Assembly: GCA_963706595.1 (NCBI GenBank)
Contig: OY970166.1
Location: 544,001-608,000, forward strand
Direction of reading: 5' to 3'
DNA length: 64,000 nt
Source of the DNA: an uncultured cyanobacterium
GTDB taxonomy: Bacteria > Cyanobacteriota > Cyanobacteriia > Cyanobacteriales > Nostocaceae
The position numbers were made by a program, and so were the translations under genes. The notes beneath the pieces are model-generated. The model searched no databases. It worked only from the letters and a program-made list of their open reading frames with translations, and was not told the DNA's origin. Below, piece by piece: positions 39,635 to 50,650 of this stretch. Each line of letters starts with the position of its first letter. Position 1 is the stretch's first letter.

Positions 39635-39724
39635 GAAGAGGAAGGTTGTTAAGTAAAGAAGTTTAAAGTAATTTCTATTTCTAACTCCCCCTTGCACCCT
39701 GCACCCTGCTCCCCTGCTTCTTCT

Positions 39725-39800
39725 GGGGAGTGGGAAACACCTTTTTGAGTTGTAAGCGCAAAGCGCAGGCTACGCCAACAGAAATCAAATAGGAGTCCTA
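39725..39800. repeat. TAGGACTCCTAT-family MITE end (inverted)
   Basis: GTAAGCGCAAAGCGCAGGCTACGCCAACAGAAATCAAATAGGAGTCCTA. Confidence 0.7.
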
Positions 39801-39861
39801 TTCCTATATGTGTCCTCCTGAGTCGGTCAAATCCTCATGGGCTGTCTGCTCCCGACGCTGT

Positions 39862-39925
39862 AAAAAATAAAAAGCCATACAACATCATATTGCATGGCTT
39901 TTGGTGTAGTGTGAGGAGCTTAACT
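39862..39925 (-). ncRNA. Candidate Yfr1-like small RNA (~64 nt)
   Basis: Minus strand: TATGAT -10 (39933-39938), then GCTCCTCACACTACACC, then hairpin AAAAGCCATGCAA..TTGTATGGCTTTTT plus T tract. Confidence 0.5.
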
Positions 39926-40137
39926 AAGTACCATCATAAAGTAATGCCAAACTGGCAGAACACTCGTAACAATTTTGGTAACGAAATTTTTTTTTATGCA
40001 ATTACGCTAGCATAGCTTGTAGTTAAAACAGCCGCCTCGCGCATCTCCCCAGAGGTAAGGGTAATAAAGTAGAAGACTGGCAAAAATATTTTGTAATTTT
40101 ACCTCACCAGGTACTTAATCACTAATCCCTGGTGAGA

Positions 40138-41094
40138 TTATTGTAATAATCTATAAATGATGCCACTAATAATTGTGGCCATAGGTAAAGTTAAAATCCA
40201 CGAAAATAAAATCTGATAAAAAACACGCGCCTTGGCTTGGTTCTCCATCAGTCCTACACCAAAAATAGAACTGACTGAAACTTGAGTCATGGAAACAGGA
40301 AGGCCAAAATAACTAGACGCAATGACCAAAATTCCAGTTACCATGTTTGCAGATAATCCCTGATGATGATTCATCGCGGTAATTTTTTCGCTCATCGTTT
40401 GGGCGATTTTTTGGGAGTTGAGTAAACCACCTAAGCCCATTGCCATTGCTATTGTTAGCATTCCTCCCTGAACTGAAAAATAATCAATAATTAAAACAAG
40501 TGAAACAATTTTAGGAGTATCATTAAACCCTCTACTAAAACTGATCATACCCGCACTGATAAAGTGGCAAGTATCAATTATTCTAGGATTGGCTTGCCAC
40601 TTTAATTTAGAATTGATATAGTGCAGTGATCTATGGGTTACTACTGCTAAAAAAATAGCAATAATCGGACTGAGAAGTAGGGGTAAAAGAAATAATCTTT
40701 CCAAAGCTGCAAAATTAACTTTCAGTCCAATAGCTACTAAACCAGTTCCAAGTAGCGCACCTGTGATAGTGTGAGTTGTAGAAATGGGGAATCCTGTTAG
40801 GGCAGCAACTAGCACGGTTAAGCCGGTGGTGATAGCTACTGCTAAATGAATTTCTGGGACATTAGCGATCGCATCTGGAAATATACCTTGACCAGTAAAA
40901 TTTTTTACCAAGTTTCCTGCCCAGAAAACCGCAGCTACTCCACCAGCAAAAGTTGTAAAACTTGCCCACAAAATTGCTGTTTGATAACTAGTTGTCCGGC
41001 TACCAAATAGTGTCGCTACACCTTTAAAGTTGTCGTTGGCTCCATTGGAATAAGCTAAAAAAAGCGTAGCCAGAAATAAACTGATTATTAACAT
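40138..41094 (-). CDS. PiT-family inorganic phosphate/anion transporter
   Basis: NGANDNFKGVATL, PISTTH, GFNDTPKI, GLPVS.TQ; start placed at ATG 41094. Confidence 0.88.
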   Translation of the reverse strand: MLIISLFLATLFLAYSNGANDNFKGVATLFGSRTTSYQTAILWASFTTFAGGVAAVFWAGNLVKNFTGQGIFPDAIANVPEIHLAVAITTGLTVLVAALTGFPISTTHTITGALLGTGLVAIGLKVNFAALERLFLLPLLLSPIIAIFLAVVTHRSLHYINSKLKWQANPRIIDTCHFISAGMISFSRGFNDTPKIVSLVLIIDYFSVQGGMLTIAMAMGLGGLLNSQKIAQTMSEKITAMNHHQGLSANMVTGILVIASSYFGLPVSMTQVSVSSIFGVGLMENQAKARVFYQILFSWILTLPMATIISGIIYRLLQ

Positions 41095-41111
41095 TTTGGG
41101 GGCGTTAAAAG

Positions 41112-41476
41112 TTAACAGCAACCACCACCGCTAGAGTGACAGGTTGAATGGGTAATCATAATTTCGTCCGGCTGTAAAGTGGCAAGTTTAGCCGCAGTTT
41201 GATCATACGCTGCTGCGGGAATACCACGCTGAAGCCGATGTCCTACTGCATGATCACAGAAAGATTCTACACCAGCATAAATTGCCGTCTTGCCTGTGAA
41301 TATACAAGCGCAATCTGCGGGAATATCAACTTTGAAAGCAACAGAATCAAGGCTTTCTCACAGGAGATTTTTGCCAAGATGTAAGTATGGTAATCTAGTA
41401 GACGGTAAGGGCGACGGGCGCGAATTTCAATTTGACCAAAACCAGCTTTAATGATAATTTGAGTATACTCCTCATA
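41112..41476 (-). pseudogene. 3' fragment of an ArsM-like (arsenosugar-pathway type) methyltransferase
   Basis: YEEY..IIKAGFGQIEIRARRPYRLLD, frameshift, then ESLDSVAFKV..CIFTGKTAIYAG..LQRGIPAA..GGGCC*; one internal TGA. Confidence 0.7.
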
Positions 41477-42084
41477 AATGAGTTTTTTTGTTGTTGGTTT
41501 CGAGTTTTCGGCGCAACTAACGGATGTAAACTTCAATAATATGGGAATCACCCATGAAGTCATCACCCCAAACTGACTTTAAAATGCGATCGCGTGTAAT
41601 TATCGCAGATGAGTGAGTAAATATTCCAGTCAGTTAACCTCTATCTCCGGAATATTTCTCCTCTGCGACGATTTAAACTCAGGTTTTCCAATTATAAAAT
41701 ATCTGCTGGGTCTGCTTCCTGATGTTTTCGTAGGTGGGCGCGGACTCTGGCTAATAATTCCTCAACACTAAAGGGTTTAACTACGTAGTCATCAGCACCA
41801 GCATCTAGACCGGCGATGCGATCATCGCTCATTTCATCTTTAGCAGTTAATAAAATTATCGGCACTTGATCACCTGTACTTCGCAGGCGGCGGCAAATCT
41901 CCAAGCCCGATAAACCAGGTAGCATCCAATCTAAAATTACTAAATCTAAATCTAACTCTCTCGCTGCGGTGAGTGCAGTCAGTCCATCGTAGGCCACACT
42001 AACTTGATAGCCTTCATAACTTAGTTCCAATTCGATAAAACGCGCCAGTTTTACTTCATCTTCAACTAGCAAGATGTGCGTCAT
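41477..42084 (-). pseudogene. OmpR-family response regulator: intact receiver, decayed DNA-binding domain
   Basis: After TAA at 41692 the remnants read LENLSLNRR, LEYLLTH, ITRDRILKSVWGDDFMGDSHIIEVYIR*LRRKLE with stops and indels. Confidence 0.85.
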
Positions 42085-42270
42085 AGATGATGTTGAGGAT
42101 TTGGGCAGGGTAGTTAAGCAATAATACAGACTAGTAACACTTGAGAGAGGTGCTAGGCTACTAAATAGCCAGACATCTCAGTTGAGTTGACTTAGCTTAG
42201 TATAGATTTAAGCAAGTAACAACAGTAAGCCTGTAATTACCGATGGCTGGTGCGCCAAATACATCCAACT

Positions 42271-42500
42271 TTAGCAATAGACTGTTACATCTTCACCACA
42301 TTCATCAGCAAGATAACAAAGCGCCTTGAAACGCAGACTTACTAATTGCTCGTAGAAGGGATTTAATTTACACATTGCCGGAATGTGAAACAGCTGATGA
42401 CCAAACAGTTTAAAGTTTAAAGTCACTGCATTCCAGACCTTTGGCTAAACGCTAGGCTAGATATAGGGTTTCTCGATTGTGTCCATTGCCATAACTTTCA
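42271..42500 (-). pseudogene. Fragment of a Mo-nitro_C domain protein
   Basis: FKLFGHQLFHIPAMCKLNPFYEQLVSLRFKALCYLADECGEDVTVYC*; upstream part degenerate. Confidence 0.75.
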
Positions 42501-42556
42501 GTAAAGGGCGAAATTTACGCTTTAAGTTTTACCCAGACAACAAGAGATGTTAATTT

Positions 42557-43177
42557 ATGACTTGGAATTTTCTCAGCAACAAAAAACTCCTGTTTGACCA
42601 ATGGGCATTTAGCTACGATTGGCTTTTTCCTTCAGTAATTTACCAAGCTATCCATAAGCGGTTGCTAGAGTATGTGGATTTAGTAGAAGGAGCCAATATA
42701 CTTGATATGGGTTGTGGTACTGGACGATTACTTGATCGCTTGGCAGCTAAATTTCCTGATGTACGTGGCACTGGATTAGATTTATCATCTAATATGTTGC
42801 GGATAGCCAGACAAAGCAATTCTCACCATCCACGTTTAATTTATATTCAAGGTCAAGCAGAATCTTTGCCCTTTGGTGAATGTCAGTTTGATGCCGTTTT
42901 TAGTAGTATCAGCTTCTTACACTATTTGGAACCTCAACAAGTGCTGAGTGAAGTAGCACGGGTACTTTCTCCTGGCGGGCGCTTCTACTTAGTTGACATC
43001 ACCACGAAAAAAGAAACAGCACCGCAAGTTTTACCTATTTCTCCTCTTGGGATTCGACTCTACAGCCCTAAACAACGTGAACTTTTAGGCTCATCGGCTG
43101 GATTATTATGTTTGAGTCACCATTATTTACTAGGGCCAGTTTTGCTGACAATTTTTGTGAAACCATCCTCATGTTAA
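42557..43177 (+). CDS. Class I SAM-dependent methyltransferase
   Basis: LDMGCGTG, GLDLS..ML, AESLPF...FDAV, RVLSPGG. Confidence 0.92.
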   Translation: MTWNFLSNKKLLFDQWAFSYDWLFPSVIYQAIHKRLLEYVDLVEGANILDMGCGTGRLLDRLAAKFPDVRGTGLDLSSNMLRIARQSNSHHPRLIYIQGQAESLPFGECQFDAVFSSISFLHYLEPQQVLSEVARVLSPGGRFYLVDITTKKETAPQVLPISPLGIRLYSPKQRELLGSSAGLLCLSHHYLLGPVLLTIFVKPSSC

Positions 43178-43207
43178 TGGCAAATATCAGTTGATTTTCA
43201 TCAAATA

Positions 43208-43241
43208 CCCAGGGACTTATGCTAATCATAAGTCCCTGGGA
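43208..43241. terminator. Strong hairpin between convergent genes
   Basis: CCCAGGGACTTATG-CTAAT-CATAAGTCCCTGGG. Confidence 0.6.
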
Positions 43242-43329
43242 CATTTATGGTAGTTCTAGCCCGCTATACTTTGGGTACTAAAGCTAGAATAGTAGTCAAT
43301 TAGATTTTTAATCAAGCTAGCTTTACTAC

Positions 43330-43944
43330 TTATACAGAAGCTGGCTTTTTCTTTAGGTATCCAGTCAGTGAACCAATTGCTAATAAGCCTAATATTACTC
43401 CAGGTTCAGGAATCACAGTTGCTGTCAACTCACCGCCAAGATCCAATCTACAATTGGGAAATGTGCTGCATACTTCTGGTGAAAGGTCATCCTTCAAGAA
43501 TATTGTAGCCGTTGGTAATCCTTGAGTAGCATCTTGGAAAGTGTAGAAGAATAACCCTGCTACATCTGTATTGAAATTACTTCCTAAGTCAAAACCAGTA
43601 GGCGTATCAAAACTGCCGCTTTGCAGAACAGTCTTTGTAACTGTGTCAAAATTAAAATTGAAACTGCTGCTGGGATTGGGAAAATTGTAACTGAAGTTTT
43701 GCAACAAATTTCCCTCTGGATTGAAGAAGGAAATATTAAAACTATTCAACTGATCACTAGTAACAACGCTTCCCAGAAAACTATCATCAAAGCTGAAGCG
43801 CCCTAATGCAGAATAACCTTGATCGCCTTTCCAGTCAATTTGAAATACAGCCGCATCAGCACTAGAAATATTAACTAAAGTCGCCATTGAGGTGACAGTA
43901 GCAACAGCGACAGTAGCTGTGATTTTGTTGTAAATGCTTTTCAT
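43330..43944 (-). CDS. PEP-CTERM sorting domain protein
   Basis: Signal peptide; C-terminal IPEP + TM + KKK. Confidence 0.9.
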   Translation of the reverse strand: MKSIYNKITATVAVATVTSMATLVNISSADAAVFQIDWKGDQGYSALGRFSFDDSFLGSVVTSDQLNSFNISFFNPEGNLLQNFSYNFPNPSSSFNFNFDTVTKTVLQSGSFDTPTGFDLGSNFNTDVAGLFFYTFQDATQGLPTATIFLKDDLSPEVCSTFPNCRLDLGGELTATVIPEPGVILGLLAIGSLTGYLKKKPASV

Positions 43945-44943
43945 TGTTTTGATAACAGCAGTAGTTTGGGTATTGTTTGTTATTGCTGACAGAATTTATA
44001 TCAGTGTTGCTGACAACAGTGATTAGTTCTGCAAAAGGTGGACTCTGGTAAATAAATTAATTTTCCCAATTAGATGCGTAAAAACATAACAAAGCTGATA
44101 TTAACAGGATTGCTATCTACAACCAGATGCTTTAGCCTCTGAGCATTACGATCAAAAAGGGTGTTTTTGAATTGAATTAATTTCCCAAGCACCTTTGGGG
44201 AGATTTTATCATTAGATTCAATATATTTTCGAGATTTAATGTTTAATTTTTCAAAGAGCTTTAATTAAAGTTTCTAATTTTTTGAAAAATCTGATTATTT
44301 TCATTTAATTAAACAAAGCTTTAATTTTTCTTAACCAAAATGTATTTCATTAGTATGACCGATCTTTCTATATTTAATTAGTGATAGAAGATATAAGCGC
44401 CCTTTGGACGCGATTACACGCCTACAATAAATGAAATAAACACATTCAGATTAACAACCTCAAATCCTTAGCCTACAAGCGTTAAAAAATGTGCTTTTTA
44501 GGAGTTGGATGCTGCTTTAAATAAAAATTTTCCACCTATTATTGAGAATATAGATTCCATCAGGTTCAGGTCAGCATGATTATCATTTGTTTCGCGCTTC
44601 CTTATATGCCATCTGCGTAAATGTTGAATTTTGATTGTTTATATTTTAAATTCATGACAAATGGTGACTGATACATTAATTCTTTTTCTACCAAAAGATA
44701 ATAAATTTCAATAAAATGGCAAAAAGTGAAGATATAATTTTGTGTATTTTATTGATATATGTAGAAAATTTAATTTATAGGCTTAATTTAGCCATATTTT
44801 TCCCATAAACTCGCTTCTTAATTAGAATTTAATTTCAATAAATAATCATTTATCAAGTCGCTAAACATTAAATTAACCATTACCTCAACTTAATCAAAGC
44901 CACCTAATGTTTACTTGTCATTTTATGCGAGCCAAATATTCTC

Positions 44944-46269
44944 ATGGGATATTCAAGACGTAAATTTTTTGGATTAGCAGGTGCAACAGCAGCTGGCACT
45001 TTAGCTATGTCTCCTTTAGAAGGTCTTCTTGCTAGAGCGGCTTTCGGTCAGGTTACAACCACCACAGGATATGGACCCTTTCCCCGACTCCTGGCGGGCT
45101 TATAGCACTACCAACTGGATTCCAGTATCGGGAGATATCTCGCACAGGTGATTCTCATGGCCGATGGCAATCCAGTGCCTAACTTGCATGATGGGATGGG
45201 AGCCTTCCAAGGACCTAGAGGTACAACAATTTTGATTTGCAACCACGAAATTGGCGGCGTTGGCAGTACTGGAAAAGTACAAGTACCCAGCGACTTAGCC
45301 TATGATCCTGTTTGCAGAGGTGGTACTACAACCATAGTAGTAAATTCCACTACTCGTCAGTTAGTTAAACAGTTTGCCTCTCTTGGTGGAACCATTCGTA
45401 ACTGTGCAGGTGGTATAACTCCTTGGGGTTCATGGATTACCAGTGAAGAAAATGTAGACACACCTGCTAACGGTGGCGGACGGCAACAGTTCCACGGTTA
45501 TAATTTTGAAGTTCCCGCAAGTGCCACTGGGCCTGTTGAAGCAGTTCCTCTTAAAGCTATGGGACGCTTTAATCACGAAGCTGTGGCTGTAGACCCGGAA
45601 ACTGGATATGTTTATGAAACTGAGGATAGAGGAGATGGTCTCTTCTACCGTTTTATACCTAACGTACTCGGTAAGTTAGCAGAAGGTGGTAAACTCCAAG
45701 CTCTCAGAATAGGTACTACTAGTAGTAGTGCTGGTAGCATTAACACTTCTAGTGGTTTCAGTACAGGACAAACATGGACTAATATCAGTTGGGTAGACAT
45801 TCCTAACCCCGACCCAACTACAGATAATGTCCGAACACAAGGTCGTAACTTAGGTGCAGCCCGGTTTGCCCGTGGGGAAGGTATTTGGTACGGTAACGGT
45901 GAAATTTACTTCTGTTGTACCAGTGGTGGACCTGGCAGCCGTGGTCAAGTCTTCCGTTACGTTCCTGCTACTAATACACTTGATCTGTTTGTACAGTCTC
46001 CAAGTGCAACTACTCTTCGTGCGCCGGACAACATTTGTGTAGCACCTTTTGGCGATCTGATTATCTGCGAAGATGGGGCTGCTCCCAATTTCTTGAGAGG
46101 TGTCACTCCCGACGGACAACTCTATGATTTAGCGCGTAACACTTTGGGTAGTGGTTCTAGTGAGTTTGCTGGAGCCTGTTTCTCTCCTGATGGTCAAACT
46201 CTGTTTGTTAACATGCAAAGTCCTGGTATTACTTTGGCCATCTGGGGTCCTTGGGAAAGTAGAATTTAA
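44944..46269 (+). pseudogene. phoX: PhoX-family (DUF839) alkaline phosphatase with two compensating 1-nt indels and an in-frame TAG
   Basis: Tat signal SRRKFF at 44944; TAG at 45103-45105; -1 frame 45078-45152 reads LSPTPGGLIALPTGFQYREISRTGD; NCAGG.TPWG.W.T.EE, MGRFNHEA, PDN, SEFAG motifs. Confidence 0.8.
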
Positions 46270-46480
46270 TGAGTCAGGATAGTTTTTAGGAAAAAAGCGA
46301 TCGCTTGACCTGGAAGTAGCGAATGGCGATCGCTTTCAACTAAGATTTTGCATAGCTTGTCTAGCAAATGTGAAAATCGTGGGTATTCATATCCTAGCAT
46401 TTTACCTTGACATATTAATGAATATATGCTAACAAAATGCCGTAGGGGGGAACACAGTATGTACCCCAAACCACCAATGA

Positions 46481-47212
46481 CTAATGACCAATGACAATTT
46501 CATCTAGTTGATTAATTACCACATCCGCGCCTTGTACATGATCTGATTTACCCACCCAGGTAATACCAATACAACCTGCGGCTTTAGCATTACGTGCCAT
46601 TTGCATATCACCAACAGCATCTCCTACCATCAATGTATTACCTGGTTCTACACCCAAAGCTGCACAAGCCTGTAAAAATAACACTGGATCTGGTTTACCG
46701 GGGCCGTCATCTACTCCTTTTTGCACCTGGATGTAATCAGTTAACTCGTGTCTTGCTACAAAATCTCTGACTTCGGCTGTGGTTGCTGCGGAAATGATAC
46801 CGAGTTTAATTCCGGCTGCTGACAAGGACTGTAATAGCTCCAAAGTACCGGGAAATAGTGGTGCGGGAGTTGTACCCAGATATTTTTCAGCTTCGTCTAA
46901 GGATTGACGCGCTATTTTTAAAGACTCAAACCAGCCTCTTCCAGTTTCGGCAATATATGCAGCTGCGGCAATTTCGGTTTCCCGGCGACTGGCTACGGAT
47001 ATTAAACCTGCTGGATCTAGGGTATCGCTATTGATGCCAAAGGCCATTAATAAAGGTTCGCCAATTCCAGGAATTTGAGCGTCTATCATCCGCGCACCTT
47101 TTTGTCCAAGCGATCGCAAGTACGCTTCCGAATCTTCCAATGTACCATTTTTGTCAAAAAAAATGGCTTGGATATTGGAAAAGCTGATGTTTCTACATTT
47201 AATAGTTACCAA
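46481..47212 (-). CDS. HAD-family hydrolase
   Basis: FDKNGTL, KPDP, MVGDAVGD. Confidence 0.88.
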   Translation of the reverse strand: MVTIKCRNISFSNIQAIFFDKNGTLEDSEAYLRSLGQKGARMIDAQIPGIGEPLLMAFGINSDTLDPAGLISVASRRETEIAAAAYIAETGRGWFESLKIARQSLDEAEKYLGTTPAPLFPGTLELLQSLSAAGIKLGIISAATTAEVRDFVARHELTDYIQVQKGVDDGPGKPDPVLFLQACAALGVEPGNTLMVGDAVGDMQMARNAKAAGCIGITWVGKSDHVQGADVVINQLDEIVIGH

Positions 47213-47244
47213 AATATTTCACCCTATTTATTCAATTCATCACA

Positions 47245-47268
47245 AAAAAAGAGGGGTTTTCCCTCTTT
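47245..47268 (-). terminator. rpsA terminator
   Basis: Minus strand AAAGAGGG-AAAA-CCCCTCTTTTTTT. Confidence 0.65.
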
Positions 47269-47385
47269 AATTAATAGTTTAATAACTACAAGCTTATTAG
47301 CGTTCATTTAAGGCTTGTCAATCGCTGTTATTAAATGTAGCGAAGCATTACCCTACCTATAACAGAGTTTAAATCGAGACTTTGC

Positions 47386-48588
47386 TCAACCTTCCTGTTC
47401 AATAGTCGCTGGAATCTCTTTTTCAGCCTCGGTTGCTGCTGGAACTTCTTCTTCAACCGCAACTACAGCTGATACTTCTTCGGTTGCTGCTGGAGCTTCT
47501 TCTTCAACCGCAACTACAGCCGATACTTCTTCGGTTGCTGCTGGAGCTTCTTCTTCAACCGCAACTACAGCCGATACTTCTTCTTGAGTTTCAGTTGCGA
47601 CTGGGGTTTCTTCCTCAGTTGTAGCTTCTACCGCTTCTTCAGCACCCACAACCTCTTCAGCTTCCGCAGGCGCAGCAGTAATACCTTGCTGTTTAGCTAG
47701 CATCTGTTCACGATACTTAGCTGCCATTTCTTCCGCTTTATCATAAACCAAATCACGGTTCTTAATCATATCACCGGGTTCGGGTTCCAACTGCTTGGTA
47801 GACAAGGAAATCCGACCCCTTTCTGCGTCCAAATCAATGATCATGACTTTAACTTCGTCATTGACATTGAACACGCTGTGAGGTGTATCAATATGCTCGT
47901 GAGAAATTTCTGAAATGTGCAGCAGTCCGCTAACACCACCGATATCAATAAATGCACCGTAAGGTTTGATACCACGAACTGTACCGATTACCACTTCTCC
48001 CACTTCTAGGCGGTTCATCTTACGCTCAACCAGCGCTCGACGGTGGGATAGAACTAGGCGGTTACGTTCTTCGTCTACTTCTAAGAATTTCAATGGCAGT
48101 TCTTCGCCTACCAATTCTTCCTTCGGTTTGCGGGTGCTGATGTGAGAACCGGGGATGAAGCCGCGTAATCCTTCAATGCGTACCAATGCACCACCACGGT
48201 TAGTAGCAAACACACCCGAACGAACAGTAGCATCTTCTGCTTGTAACTGCCGCACACGTTCCCAAGCCCGCATATATTCGATGCGACGAATGGAAAGGGT
48301 AAGCTGACCATCTTCGTTTTCATCGGTAAGGATGAAAAATTCTCTGGTTTCGTTTGATTGTAAAACTTCTTCCGGGGCATCGACCCGGTTAATAGACATT
48401 TCTTGTATAGGAATGTAGGCTGCTGTTTTAGCCCCTATGTCAATCAGAGCGCCGCGCGGCTCTATACTGAAAACTGTTCCTGGTACAATATCTCCAGGGC
48501 TAAAGTGATAATCATACTTGTCAAGTAGAGCAGCGAAATCTTCGTGAGTGAATCCAATTTCTGTAGCGGTTAAGTTCTGATTGACCAT
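47386..48588 (-). CDS. rpsA: 30S ribosomal protein S1 with extended acidic repeat tail
   Basis: Three S1 domains (GALIDIGAK, GFIPGSHIS, GLLHISEIS). Confidence 0.96.
   Translation of the reverse strand: MVNQNLTATEIGFTHEDFAALLDKYDYHFSPGDIVPGTVFSIEPRGALIDIGAKTAAYIPIQEMSINRVDAPEEVLQSNETREFFILTDENEDGQLTLSIRRIEYMRAWERVRQLQAEDATVRSGVFATNRGGALVRIEGLRGFIPGSHISTRKPKEELVGEELPLKFLEVDEERNRLVLSHRRALVERKMNRLEVGEVVIGTVRGIKPYGAFIDIGGVSGLLHISEISHEHIDTPHSVFNVNDEVKVMIIDLDAERGRISLSTKQLEPEPGDMIKNRDLVYDKAEEMAAKYREQMLAKQQGITAAPAEAEEVVGAEEAVEATTEEETPVATETQEEVSAVVAVEEEAPAATEEVSAVVAVEEEAPAATEEVSAVVAVEEEVPAATEAEKEIPATIEQEG
47431..47583 (-). repeat. 3 x 51-bp coding tandem repeat in rpsA (EEVSAVVAVEEEAPAAT)
   Basis: Three near-identical units read directly. 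Confidence 0.92.
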
Positions 48589-48899
48589 GCTAATTTGTTC
48601 CTGGTTCTAGTCTCCGTAAGGGTTGTGGCATAGGCGTGATGTATATGCGAAGGCACTAGGCGGGAGGTACACCTACATCTTTTTTTTATCCTAGCGCAGA
48701 AAAGCTAGTATTAACACATATTAACTTCTAGATAGAATATTCTATCACATATTCTAGAAATTTTTTATTTATTCACTCATCAATTTATATTGGGAATTTC
48801 ATCTTCAAAGGTATGGACAAAAGTAGATATCCGCCGCTACCACCATTGGTAACAACGGATAACAGGTTCAGATGCTCTTAAATCTCTGGTAAGAGCAGT

Positions 48900-49007
48900 C
48901 TATTTTTCTTCTTTCTTTTCGATGCGGGGTGGTTCGCGGAATGCGATCGCAAAGAAAAGAACACCTATGGCCAGAGCCAAAATCAAGATATATGCAACGC
49001 TTTCCAT
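48900..49007 (-). CDS. psbT: Photosystem II protein T
   Basis: Not in ORF track; [35 protein letters not shown], downstream of psbB. Confidence 0.96.
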   Translation of the reverse strand: MESVAYILILALAIGVLFFAIAFREPPRIEKKEEK

Positions 49008-49117
49008 ATTAAAAGCTCCTGCCTAACCAGCCAGTAATGATACTTTATCAGTCTATGAGATAGGTGGTAAGGATTGGGTAATTACAAAAGTATTCCCCAA
49101 TCCCTAATCCCCAAAAA

Positions 49118-50650
49118 TTAAAGAGCTTCTTTCCGGCGGGTAGATTTGTCACCCACTTTCTGGAATAGACCCCATTCAACTTGCTCTTCTAGATCCGCTT
49201 CAACACCAGCAAAAACGTCTCGGTAAATTGTCCGAGAACCGTGCCACAAGTGACCAAAGAAGAATAGCAGAGCAAACACAGCGTGTCCAAAGGTAAACCA
49301 ACCTCTGGGGCTAGTGCGGAATACACCGTCAGAGTTCAAGGTTTCGCGGTCAAAATCAAAGATTTCGCCACCTTGAGCCTTACGGGCAAATTTCTTCACG
49401 TCTGCTGGATCTGTAAAGGTTTGACCATTGAGATCACCGCCATAGAAGCTGACTGTGACACCAGTTTGTTCAAAACTGTACTTCGATTCTGCCCGACGGA
49501 AAGGAATATCAGCGCGGATAACTCCATCAGCATCGGTCAAGATAACTGGGAAGGTTTCAAAGAAGTTAGGGAGACGACGCACGGTCAATTCTCTACCCTT
49601 AGCATCTGTGAATACGGCGTGACCTTGCCAAGATTGGGCGATGCCATCACCCTGAACCATAGGACCAGTCCGGAATAAACCACCTTTAGCGGGGCTATTG
49701 CCGACATAATCATAGAAAGCCAGTTTTTCAGGAATTGCTGCCCAAGCTTCTGCACGGGTTGCACCGTCAGCGATGCTAGTTTGGACGCGACGCTCAATTT
49801 CCTGAGTGAAGTAGTTTTGATCCCACTGATAACGAGTCGGACCAAAGAGTTCAATCGGGGTGGTAGCGTTACCGTACCACATCGTACCAGCAACAATGAA
49901 AGCTGCGAAGAATACCGCAGCAATACTGCTAGAAAGTACGGTTTCAATGTTCCCCATCCGCAGGGCTTTGTATAGCCTTTCGGGGGGTCTAACTGTGAGG
50001 TGGAATAAACCAGCAATAATGCCAACAACGCCTGCGGCGATATGGTGAGCAACAACGCCACCAGGATTAAATGGGTCGAACCCAGCCGGACCCCATTCTG
50101 GTGCTACTGCCTGGATGCTACCAGTGACTCCGTAGGCATCAGAAACCCACATACCTGGGCCAAATAGTCCGGTGAGGTGAAAAGCACCAAAGCCAAAACA
50201 AAGTAAACCAGATAAGAACAGGTGAATGCCAAACATTTTTGGCAAGTCTAGAGCAGGTTCACCGGTGCGAGGATCTCTAAAAAGTTCCAAATCCCAGTAA
50301 ACCCAGTGCCATACAGCAGCTAGAAATAATAAACCAGAAAGCACGATGTGAGCCGCAGCTACACCTTCAAATGACCAGAAACCAGGATCACTTGCGGCGC
50401 TACCAGTCACGACGCTCCAGCCACCCCATGATTCGGTAACACCTAAACGTGACATGAAAGGCAGGACGAACATTCCTTGCCGCCACATCGGGTTAAGAAC
50501 CGGATCACTGGGGTCATAAATAGCTAGTTCGTACAGTGCCATTGAACCAGCCCAGCCTGCTACTAAGGCTGTGTGCATCAAGTGTACAGAAATCAACCGA
50601 CCTGGGTCATTCAGAACGACTGTGTGTACTCGGTACCAGGGTAGTCCCAT
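49118..50650 (-). CDS. psbB: Photosystem II CP47
   Basis: [19 protein letters not shown]...; GAGGAGG RBS. Confidence 0.99.
   Translation of the reverse strand: MGLPWYRVHTVVLNDPGRLISVHLMHTALVAGWAGSMALYELAIYDPSDPVLNPMWRQGMFVLPFMSRLGVTESWGGWSVVTGSAASDPGFWSFEGVAAAHIVLSGLLFLAAVWHWVYWDLELFRDPRTGEPALDLPKMFGIHLFLSGLLCFGFGAFHLTGLFGPGMWVSDAYGVTGSIQAVAPEWGPAGFDPFNPGGVVAHHIAAGVVGIIAGLFHLTVRPPERLYKALRMGNIETVLSSSIAAVFFAAFIVAGTMWYGNATTPIELFGPTRYQWDQNYFTQEIERRVQTSIADGATRAEAWAAIPEKLAFYDYVGNSPAKGGLFRTGPMVQGDGIAQSWQGHAVFTDAKGRELTVRRLPNFFETFPVILTDADGVIRADIPFRRAESKYSFEQTGVTVSFYGGDLNGQTFTDPADVKKFARKAQGGEIFDFDRETLNSDGVFRTSPRGWFTFGHAVFALLFFFGHLWHGSRTIYRDVFAGVEADLEEQVEWGLFQKVGDKSTRRKEAL

Noticed and set aside
39424..39697. 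ORFs over the (GGGGAGT)n array (also 14103-14324) and a possible CRISPR reading
   Set aside because: Pure heptamer STRR: no unique spacers, no cas genes; ORFs arise because the repeat lacks stops
41267..41566. 99-aa ORF as a real gene
   Set aside because: Chimera of an out-of-frame regulator remnant and part of the ArsM-like fragment
45070..45155. Programmed frameshifting in phoX
   Set aside because: Would need two opposite shifts, and no correctly phased X_XXY_YYZ slippery site is present
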